A stretch of 64,000 bases of DNA, from assembly GCA_039630575.1 (NCBI GenBank), contig JBCNUW010000001.1, positions 120,473 to 184,472 on the forward strand. Reading direction: 5' to 3'. Each line of letters begins with the position of its first letter. Positions within the stretch are counted from its first letter, which is position 1. Positions 49,656 to 58,700 of the stretch are shown here, one piece after another. The translations under genes were made by a program, and so were the position numbers. This stretch comes from Candidatus Hydrothermales bacterium. Its GTDB lineage: Bacteria; Hydrothermota; Hydrothermia; Hydrothermales; JAJRUZ01. The notes beneath the pieces are model-generated. The model ran no database searches and was not told where the DNA came from. It saw nothing but the letters and a program-made list of their open reading frames with translations.

Positions 49656-50732
49656 ATGATTTTTTATTTTTTAATTTTCTATATTTATAAAATTCCAGCT
49701 TTTCCCGACTCTTTATTTGAGTTTGGGAAGAAAACAATTTTAGAGTTTATTGAAAAGGATTACATAAGGGAATACAAAGACAGTATCGAAATTTTTTTTG
49801 AGAATTTTGTTATTGACGATGAAAATTTTTGGGTTGAGGGAACTGTTTATATAAAAAAAGATAAAATTAAAAATCTCAAAACATTAACAGGTTTCTCAAA
49901 AAAAGATATAAATGAGGCAATAATAAAATTCAGCGAAAATGCAATAACCTATTTGAAATCAATATTTTTTGAGTCACCTGAGGTAATTGAAATAAAAAAT
50001 AACATAGTTAAGATAAAAAATGGTTTTCTAAAGGGGATAAGAGAAACTGAAACTTTTATGTACGGTGACCTAACAAATCCATCTGGATTTCTGAAGATTA
50101 AGGAAGTTTATGAAAATGAGGCAATCTGTAAACTTTTGATTAAAGATAGAAAACCGGAAAAAGGTGAAAAATTAATAAGAATAAGAGGTATACCATACAT
50201 ATACACTCTTTATCTTTCTTCTGGATTTTCTTTAATTGAAACTAAAAAGGGTCTTTATGGAGCAGAGAAAAATATAAAGGATGGATCAATTTTACTTTAT
50301 GGTCTTGGATTTAGGTTAAAAATTCAAGAACCCTTTTCTGTTTTTTATTTTAATCCAGGGATATTTTTCTACACCTCAAATTATTTAGAATCGCAAAAAC
50401 TATCTATTACAGGAAATTATATTCTAAACAATCTTTTTAAACTTGGTTTTTCATTTGATTTTCTTTTAATTTGGCAGACAGAGAGAAACGGCAAAGAAGT
50501 TAGAGCTTTAGATTACCTTATATCACCCTCCTTAACATATGAAAAAGAATATAAGAATATTAATATATCATTCAAAACTGGATATTCTCTTGGAAGGGTG
50601 TTAAGAAATTTCTCATATGAAGTAAAAGGCGGGGATACTTTAGTCTCTGATGTGGATCTTACTTATAAGGAAATTAATCCAAAAGGTATAAACCTTGAAT
50701 TTTTGATAGGTTTTAACTTAAAGAGACCTTAA
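49656..50732 (+). CDS. Hypothetical protein, possibly with a C-terminal outer-membrane beta-barrel
   Basis: SD AGGAG; C-terminal alternating strands ending GINLEFLIGFNL. Confidence 0.5.
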   Translation: MIFYFLIFYIYKIPAFPDSLFEFGKKTILEFIEKDYIREYKDSIEIFFENFVIDDENFWVEGTVYIKKDKIKNLKTLTGFSKKDINEAIIKFSENAITYLKSIFFESPEVIEIKNNIVKIKNGFLKGIRETETFMYGDLTNPSGFLKIKEVYENEAICKLLIKDRKPEKGEKLIRIRGIPYIYTLYLSSGFSLIETKKGLYGAEKNIKDGSILLYGLGFRLKIQEPFSVFYFNPGIFFYTSNYLESQKLSITGNYILNNLFKLGFSFDFLLIWQTERNGKEVRALDYLISPSLTYEKEYKNINISFKTGYSLGRVLRNFSYEVKGGDTLVSDVDLTYKEINPKGINLEFLIGFNLKRP

Positions 50733-50750
50733 ACAATTAAGGAGGATAAA

Positions 50751-51980
50751 ATGTTAAAGGAAGGGTTAAATAAAATATATTGGGCAGAGAGAAATATGCC
50801 AGTTTTACTCAACATCAGAGAAAGGTTTAAAAAAGAAAAACTTTTAAATGGATTAAAAATTTCAGCTTGTCTCCATGTTACACCTGAAACTGCTTCTTTA
50901 GTTATTACATTAAAAGAAGGAGGAGCAACTGTTTTTCTCTGTGCCTCAAATCCTCTATCTACAAAAGATGATGTAGCTTTAGCCTTAAGGGAAGAATACG
51001 GAATTCAGGTTTTTGCAAAATATGGGGCTACTACGGAAGAATATTACGAACATATTGAAAAAGCATTAACTGTTATCCCTGACATAACCTTAGATGATGG
51101 GGCAGATTTAACTTCCTATCTTCATCAAAACTTTGATAAGTTTGGCAAAAACATTAAAGGTGGAACAGAAGAAACAACAACTGGTGTAGTCAGATTAAAG
51201 AGCATGGAGAAAAATAATATTCTAAGATATCCTATAATTGCTGTAAACGATTCTAAAACAAAATATCTTTTTGACAATAGATACGGAACAGGTCAAAGTA
51301 CATTAGATGGTATATTAAGAGCAACAAATATTTTAATTGCAGGAAAGAATTTTGTAGTATGTGGTTACGGATGGTGTGGTAAAGGTGTAGCAACAAAAGC
51401 AAAAGGTTTGGGAGCAAAAGTTATTGTTACGGAAGTTGATCCTATCAAAGCACTTGAGGCAAAAATGGATGGTTTCGATGTTATGAAAATAGAAGAAGCT
51501 GCACTAATTGGAGACGTTTTTGTGACAGTGACAGGTAATAAAAATGTAATTGACATAAATCATATTAAAAAAATGAAAAACGGAGCAATTTTAGCAAATT
51601 CTGGTCATTTTAATGTTGAAATAAACATCTCAGAATTGAGAAAAATTTCAAAAAAAATTGAAAAGGTAAGAGAAAATGTTGAAAGATTTATCCTTGATGA
51701 TGGTAAAGAAATATTTCTGATTGCAGAGGGTCGTCTTGCAAACCTTGTTGCAGCTGAAGGTCATCCGCCTGATGTTATGGATATGAGTTTCTCAAATCAA
51801 GCTCTTGCGTGTGAATTTATAATTAAAAATTTTCGGAAATTGGAAAAAAGAATTTATACACTGCCAGAAGAGATAGATAGAGAAATCGCAAGAATAAAGC
51901 TTAAAACAATGGGAGTTGAAATTGATGAATTAACAGAAGAACAAAAGAAATACCTTGAATCCTGGGAAGAGGGAACTTAA
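50751..51980 (+). CDS. ahcY: Adenosylhomocysteinase
   Basis: ACLHVT, ASNPLST, DDGADL, EETTTGV, KYLFDNRYGTGQS, GYGWCGKG, GHPPDVMDMSF. Confidence 0.96.
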   Translation: MLKEGLNKIYWAERNMPVLLNIRERFKKEKLLNGLKISACLHVTPETASLVITLKEGGATVFLCASNPLSTKDDVALALREEYGIQVFAKYGATTEEYYEHIEKALTVIPDITLDDGADLTSYLHQNFDKFGKNIKGGTEETTTGVVRLKSMEKNNILRYPIIAVNDSKTKYLFDNRYGTGQSTLDGILRATNILIAGKNFVVCGYGWCGKGVATKAKGLGAKVIVTEVDPIKALEAKMDGFDVMKIEEAALIGDVFVTVTGNKNVIDINHIKKMKNGAILANSGHFNVEINISELRKISKKIEKVRENVERFILDDGKEIFLIAEGRLANLVAAEGHPPDVMDMSFSNQALACEFIIKNFRKLEKRIYTLPEEIDREIARIKLKTMGVEIDELTEEQKKYLESWEEGT

Positions 51981-52053
51981 ATAAAAAAAGATAGGAAAAA
52001 AATTAGGGGGTAAAAGATAAGAACTAAAAGTTTAAAATTAAGAGAACTATAAA

Positions 52054-52066
52054 GGGTTCAAATCCC
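52054..52066 (+). promoter_or_regulatory. T-loop-like leader motif GGGTTCAAATCCC upstream of nrdJ
   Basis: AGGG/CCCT stem around a TTCAAAT loop, about 20 nt before the ATG. Confidence 0.6.
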
Positions 52067-52085
52067 TATAAAATCTTTAAATGGA

Positions 52086-54392
52086 ATGGAAAATAAAGTA
52101 AAATTACATATAGAGCCTTTTGTTACAGAAAATGCAAGAAAAGTACTTGAAAAGAGGTATCTTTTAAGAAATGAAAAGGGAGAGGTAATAGAAACTCCCA
52201 AAGAAATGTTCGAGAGAGTTGCAAAAGCTGTAGCTGAGGTAGATAAAGATTACCCCTACTTTAGGGATAGGGTTAACGAAACAGAAGAAAAATTTTATCT
52301 TATGATGTCACAGGGCTTTTTTTTACCAAATTCTCCTACACTTATGAATGCTGGTACAAAAATGGGGCAGCTTTCAGCTTGTTTTGTGCTTCCTGTTGAG
52401 GATTCTATGGACGGAATTTTTGAAACTTTAAAACACGCAGCACTGATTCACAAAACTGGCGGAGGAACAGGATTCTCCTTTTCAAGGTTAAGACCAAAAG
52501 GAGATGTTGTTAGAACTACAGGACAAATTGCCTCCGGACCTGTTTCATTTATGAAAGTTTTCGATTCAGCAACAGAAGCTGTAAAACAAGGAGGAAGAAG
52601 AAGAGGAGCAAATATGGGAATTCTTCGTGTTGATCACCCTGACATAGAAGAGTTTATAACATGTAAGGACGATGTTACAAAAATAACTAATTTCAATATC
52701 TCTGTAGCTATAACTGATGAATTTATGGAATCTCTAATGAGAGGAAAAAATGAATTTAATTTAATAAATCCAAGAAATGGCGAGGTAGTAAGAAAAGTAA
52801 ATCCAAGAGATTTGTGGAAGAAAATAATTTTTCAAGCTTGGAAAAATGGAGAGCCGGGAGTTATTTTCATAGATAGGATCAACAAAACTCATACACTTAG
52901 GGAAATGGGGGAAATAGAAGCTACAAACCCTTGCGGAGAAAAACCACTTTTACCTTATGAATCTTGTAATCTTGGTTCAATAAACCTAGCTAAATTTTAT
53001 TTAGGTACACCATGGTATCTTGAGAATAAAAGACCTGCAAAGTATGAAGAGGTAAGAGGAAGAATTGATTGGCAGAAATTAAAAGAAATTGTTGATCTTT
53101 CTGTTCATTTTCTTGACAATGTGATTGATGCTAATACTTATCCACTAGAAGAAATAGAAAGAGTTACAAAACTTACAAGAAAAATTGGTTTAGGAGTAAT
53201 GGGATTTGCCGATCTTCTCTATTTACTTGGTATACCCTACTCATCTGAAGAAGCGTTAAAGGCTGGAGAAGAAATCATGAAGTTTATACAGGAGAATGCC
53301 CATCGAAAATCTGTTGAAATAGGTGAAATAAAAGGTCCTTTTCCTGCAATAGACAAAAGCATTTTTAAGGGAATCAAAAGAAGAAATTCAGTAGTTACAA
53401 CGATTGCTCCTACAGGGTCAATTTCAATGATTGCAGACACTTCAGCAGGAATTGAACCCAATTTTGCTCTCGTTTATGTAAAAAATGTAATGGGTGGGGA
53501 GAGATTGCTTTATGTAAATAAGTATTTTCAGCAGGCAGCAGAAGAAACAGGTTTTTATTCTGAGGAGCTGATGGAAACTTTATCAAAATTTCCAACTATC
53601 AAAAAATTTGAGGAGATTCCTCCTTATATAAGAGAAATATTTGAAGTTACTTTTGATATTTCACCTCAGCAGCATGTTAAAATTCAGGCATCTTTTCAAA
53701 AATACGTTGAAGATGCTGTATCAAAAACAATTAACCTTCCAGAGGAAGCAAAACCAGAAGATGTAGAGAAGGTATATTTTTTGGCTTATGAATTAGGTTG
53801 TAAAGGAATAACAGTTTACAGATGGGGATCACGTCCAGGTCAGGTTTATGATACTGTGAAAAAGGAAGAGGATAGAAAACCTAAGAAGATAAAACCAAGA
53901 CCAAGACCTAAAGTTGTATCTGGTAAAACCTACAAGATAAAATCCGAATTAGGAACAGTATATATAACGATAAATGAAGATGAGTTTGGTCCCCATGAAG
54001 TCTTTATTCAACTTGGAAAGAGTGGTAGCTCAGCAAATGCTTTAACTGAAGCTATAGGTAGATTAATTTCTCTTGCTTTTAGATCAGGCATCGATCCAAT
54101 TGAGATAGTAGACCAATTAAAAGGTATAAGATCAATTCCCACATGGGATGAAGGAGAAGTTATATTATCTTGTCCTGATGGAATAGGTAAAATACTTGAA
54201 AAACATATAAAGGGAGAACAGCTTGGGATTTTTCCTGAGGATAAAAAGCAAAAAAGGATAATTTACGAATTTGATGTAAAGAATATTAACTTTATTACCT
54301 CAGGGGAGATCTGTCCAGAATGTGGTAGTGCAATGATACTTGCTGAAAATTGTTTAACATGTCCACACTGTGGTTTTTCTAAGTGCGACTAG
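52086..54392 (+). CDS. nrdJ: Class II (adenosylcobalamin-dependent) ribonucleotide reductase with TSCPD domain and Zn ribbon
   Basis: PNSPTLMNAG, SACFV, KQGGRRRGANM, TNPCGE, CNLGSIN, TIAPTG, LSCPD, CPECG...CPHCGFSKC. Confidence 0.95.
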   Translation: MENKVKLHIEPFVTENARKVLEKRYLLRNEKGEVIETPKEMFERVAKAVAEVDKDYPYFRDRVNETEEKFYLMMSQGFFLPNSPTLMNAGTKMGQLSACFVLPVEDSMDGIFETLKHAALIHKTGGGTGFSFSRLRPKGDVVRTTGQIASGPVSFMKVFDSATEAVKQGGRRRGANMGILRVDHPDIEEFITCKDDVTKITNFNISVAITDEFMESLMRGKNEFNLINPRNGEVVRKVNPRDLWKKIIFQAWKNGEPGVIFIDRINKTHTLREMGEIEATNPCGEKPLLPYESCNLGSINLAKFYLGTPWYLENKRPAKYEEVRGRIDWQKLKEIVDLSVHFLDNVIDANTYPLEEIERVTKLTRKIGLGVMGFADLLYLLGIPYSSEEALKAGEEIMKFIQENAHRKSVEIGEIKGPFPAIDKSIFKGIKRRNSVVTTIAPTGSISMIADTSAGIEPNFALVYVKNVMGGERLLYVNKYFQQAAEETGFYSEELMETLSKFPTIKKFEEIPPYIREIFEVTFDISPQQHVKIQASFQKYVEDAVSKTINLPEEAKPEDVEKVYFLAYELGCKGITVYRWGSRPGQVYDTVKKEEDRKPKKIKPRPRPKVVSGKTYKIKSELGTVYITINEDEFGPHEVFIQLGKSGSSANALTEAIGRLISLAFRSGIDPIEIVDQLKGIRSIPTWDEGEVILSCPDGIGKILEKHIKGEQLGIFPEDKKQKRIIYEFDVKNINFITSGEICPECGSAMILAENCLTCPHCGFSKCD

Positions 54393-54402
54393 TTTGGGGT
54401 CT

Positions 54403-55602
54403 ATGAATAAGGAATTTCCTTTTTTAATGGCTTCCGAAAAGTTGATAAAAGAGGGTAAAACTACCGATATATATTTTGTTAGAACGAAAAAGATACTTGA
54501 AAAGCGTGAAATTAAAAAAAGGGTATGGGCTGAGTTTACAGTTTCATCTTCTCCTTATCCTTATTTTGCCTTTGCTGGAATAAGGGAAGTATTAGAATTA
54601 CTTGAAGGCAAGAAAGTAAATTTATGGGCTCTTAGAGAGGGTGAAATTGTACCATCGTGGGATATAAACGGTGTTTTTATTCCTGTAATGGCCATAGAAG
54701 GAGAATATATTGAGTTCTGTGAATACGAGACTCCGATATTAGGGTTTATCTGTCATGCTTCTGGTATTTTAACAAAGTCGATGAGAATAAGAATTGCAGC
54801 AAAAGATAAAATTGTTCTTTCTTTCGGAATAAGAAGAATGCATCCAGCTTTATCACCTTTTATAGATTTTTATGCTTATATGGGTGGGTGTGACGGAGTT
54901 TCTTCTTTAGCAGGTGCTGAAGTAATAGGAGAGAGTCCGAGAGGAACTATGCCTCATTCTCTAATTATTTTAATGGGTGAAGAAGAAGCTTGGAAGGCTT
55001 TCGACGAAGATATGCCACAAGAGGTTCCGAGAATTGCACTTATAGATACTTATGGTGATGAGAAAGTTCAAGCTATTAAAGCTTGTGAGAGTATTCAAAA
55101 TTTAACTGGAGTTAGACTTGATACTCCTTCGTCTCGGAGGGGTGATATTATAAAAATAATAAGGGAAATAAAATGGGAGTTAAAAATAAGGGGTAGAGAA
55201 GGTATTAAAATTTTCATCTCTGGCGGGCTTGATGAGTATGAGATAAAAAAGTTAGTAGAGGCAGGTGCTGATGGCTTTGGTGTAGGTACATCTTTATCTA
55301 ATGCTAAGGTTATAGATTATGCAATGGATATTACAGAAGTTGAAGGAAAACCATGTGCAAAGAAAGGGAAATTTGGTGGAAGGAAAAAACCTTTTATCTG
55401 TGAAAAAGATAGAATAGTAATTGTAGAAGAATTTAATAAAGATTCATCATTGTGTCCTAAGTGTAAGAAAGGAATGAGATCTGCTTTTATAAAATATATG
55501 GAGGATGGAAATATATTACATGAATTTGAAAATATTAGCAAGGTAAGAAAAAGGGTTATTGAAAATTTAAAAAATTTTACTTTGGAAGATTTTAGTATTT
55601 AA
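54403..55602 (+). CDS. pncB: Nicotinate phosphoribosyltransferase
   Basis: TTDIYF, SFGIRRMHP, GTMPH, LIDTY, VRLDTPSSRRG, SGGLD, GFGVGT; start placed at MNKEF (54403). Confidence 0.88.
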   Translation: MNKEFPFLMASEKLIKEGKTTDIYFVRTKKILEKREIKKRVWAEFTVSSSPYPYFAFAGIREVLELLEGKKVNLWALREGEIVPSWDINGVFIPVMAIEGEYIEFCEYETPILGFICHASGILTKSMRIRIAAKDKIVLSFGIRRMHPALSPFIDFYAYMGGCDGVSSLAGAEVIGESPRGTMPHSLIILMGEEEAWKAFDEDMPQEVPRIALIDTYGDEKVQAIKACESIQNLTGVRLDTPSSRRGDIIKIIREIKWELKIRGREGIKIFISGGLDEYEIKKLVEAGADGFGVGTSLSNAKVIDYAMDITEVEGKPCAKKGKFGGRKKPFICEKDRIVIVEEFNKDSSLCPKCKKGMRSAFIKYMEDGNILHEFENISKVRKRVIENLKNFTLEDFSI

Positions 55603-55722
55603 GGTTTATCCTTTAAATTAAGAAATAAAAGAGTTAAAATTTGAAGAAAAGGCTTAAAAAATCATAAGTATTGTACATGTTAAAAATTATCAAAAAGGAA
55701 TTATTCCCCGACTTTTTTAGTC

Positions 55723-58700
55723 CTAAATTTTTAAAACTTTAAATCTATTTTTTATTCCGTTAACCTCAACATCTATAAAATAAACTCCTCTTTTAAGATT
55801 ATTTATTTTTAATTTATGGGTACCTAAGTCTAAACTTTTATTTATGCTCTTTATCTTTTTTCCGGAAGCATCATAAATATTTATGTAGATCTCTGATTTT
55901 CTATCTAAAATGAATTCAATTTCTATATTTTTAAAAGAAATACTATTTATCTTAATTAGCTCAGTTACCCTTCCTTTTTCTCCTTGGATATTTGATAGAA
56001 TCTCTTTTCTAGGTACCCAGATTGGCTCAAAATATACTTTTCCTTTTAAAGGATCATCATAAAAATCATAAATTAAAAGTGATATTGAATCTACATTCTG
56101 TGTCCCCCACCAGTTTCTCTGTGCCTCTATATCAAACCTTGTGTCATTATAAAGATTATAATTTAAATTATAACATATATAATTATGCCCATTCTTTAAT
56201 TTCGGCTTTGAATTTTCACTTATATATATTCCTATTTTGTTATTCATTATATAAGATTTATCAATGTTTATTTCAGAAGTTCCCTTATACAAAACACCAA
56301 TTTCATTCTCTTTTACACTTGTTTCTTTTATATGTCCTTTACCTTTTAAAAGATAAAAACCTATGTTATTTAAAGAAATATTTGAATTCTCAATTTCTAA
56401 TTCCTTACCATAAAAGTATATTCCGTAATTTGAATTTCTAATTTGTAAATTCTTTAATTTTAAATTTTCATTTTTTAAAAATTCTATACCCTTATAAGAA
56501 AAATTAATTCTCAAGTTTTTGTAATTATGGGAAGATTTTTCAAATGTTCTATCTTCTTCATCCATTTCATATTTTTTAAGTTCGTTCTCTTCCCTCATTT
56601 TAAATACTATTCCATAGTAATCACATTTTTCTTTTATATACCCATCAGATGTGAATAAAGAGTTTTTTGCAGAAAGTTTTCCATAAACTATAAGCTCAGA
56701 TAAAGTATCATTCTTTCCAGTTTTTAAAGCATCAAACCTCTTTATAAATCTTATTTTTGTTCCTTCTTTAATTTTAAGATGAACATTTTTAGGAATAATT
56801 AGATCTCCACCAATACTTACAATGCCATCCCATGTTGTTTTAATTTTTATTTTTCCCCATATATAAAATTTTTTGAAATCAACATCACCTTTAATTCTTG
56901 ATTTTATAAATGTTGAATCTTTGCTATTCCAGAAGTTTCCCTGTGCATATATTTTATACTGAGTTAAATTTATAATATCATAATTTCCGTTTCCATAGAT
57001 CCTATTTGCTCCATCATCAAGAGTATCAGGATTATAAACATTTCCTAATGTTAAAAGTGGGTTATTTTTAACTAAAACACCGGTGCTTTCATTTTCAAAT
57101 ATATGATTCCAACTTAAAATGGCAAACCCGCTATCAATTTCAGCTTTTATTCCTATTTTATTTAAATTTATTTTATTTGCAAATATAAAGGAGTTCCCTC
57201 TAAAAATTTCTATTCCTTCTTGGTTTTCACTTATCTCATTTTGAACAATGTAAACGCTTTCAGCTTTTAAGGATAAACCCTTTATAGCATCTTTTATAAT
57301 AGAATATTCAATCTTACCTTTACTTTTTGGAAGATACCTTATTCCAAACCATCTTCCTGTATCTTGTATTTCAAATTTTATTCTTTTTTCCTTTTTGCCA
57401 TTGGCATAAAATTCTCCGTAAATTATTATTTCTATATGGTTTGGATCAATTCCAAGGTTAAAAATATCTTTATTTGAAATTATAAATCTTGTTCCCTCTT
57501 TAACATCAACTCTTACACTTTCTGGAATTACAATATCTCCTATTAAAAGAATTTCACCTTGTAAAGTGGTATCACGAGGTATAACTCCAAATTCTCCTTC
57601 TTTTATATAAATAAACCCTGTATCAGGAAACCTTTTTAAATTATTTTTTAAATCCCATGCTTTTAAATAAAATTTTATATTTTGAGAAAACTTGGGAATT
57701 GTAAAGAAGAAAGTATCCAAATGAGTGCTATCATGAGTTGCTTTATATAAAAACTTGGGAACATAAATAGAATCATTTTCTACTTTTAATCCATCATAAA
57801 TCCTTGTTTTAAATATGTATCTATCTGGAAGTTTTATAATGTTTGTATCAGAAAATCTTGGTGGAAGATAATCAAATATGATAGTATAGGGATTTCCAAT
57901 AAATTCCCTTTTCGGTTCTCTTAACAAAGTTCCGATGAAATATGTGTAAATATTTTCGTTAATTGCTAAGCTATCTATAAAAGATGTATCTTTTACACTT
58001 TTTATTAAAAAAGATGCACCACCACCTTCTCTGTAAACATTATATTTTAAAACTGGAGAAAGAGAATCTGATAGATATTTAATTTTTGGTCTTATAAGTA
58101 TATTACCGTATATAAATTTTTTCCATTCACCAAACTTTTTATAATATGAATAAACCGGGTTTTCCCCGTCTGCATAAAATATAATTTCTGACGGAAATAT
58201 AGTTATACTTAATGTATCTTGTATCTCTTTATTTATTGAAAATTCAAACCAACCAGAGGTATCCCCAGGCACTTCAAATGTATAGTTTTCATTTTGAATT
58301 TTTACATAAAGATAGGAAGGAAGAGTTAAAGGATTTTTCAAATAAACTTTAATTTTTGAAAGGAGACCTTTGCCCCTTAAAGAAGGCATTTCAAATTTCA
58401 GTGTATCATAGAAGCTTTCAAAAATAGGAATTCCTTTATCTTTAATAAATTCTTCTGCTACATTTTGCCAATATATTCTTGGTAAAGAATTATAAATTTC
58501 ATAAGAAGATATATTTGCTTGAAGTCCTTTAAGGACAAATATTTTATTTTCACCATAAACAGGCTCCCTTCTTTTATTCCCTTTTATATCTCTATAAACC
58601 CCATAAAATTCAATTTCATTATTTCCATTAAATTTTCCTAATTCATAAATAAGTAATGTATCATTTATTTTCTTACTATTTATTTTACTCCATGAGATTT

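Noticed and set aside
51981..52085. Cobalamin riboswitch or NrdR box upstream of nrdJ
   Set aside because: The spacer is about 105 nt, A-rich, and lacks B12-box or NrdR palindrome features.
52900..52990. Intein at the NPCGE site of nrdJ
   Set aside because: The sequence is continuous (TNPCGEKPLLPYESCNLGS); only a Q-to-K variant is seen.
53448..53458. A further GGTTCAATTCC match on the minus strand
   Set aside because: It is antisense inside nrdJ and explained by the conserved GIEP codons, so it was not counted as a leader element. It does show that chance matches occur.
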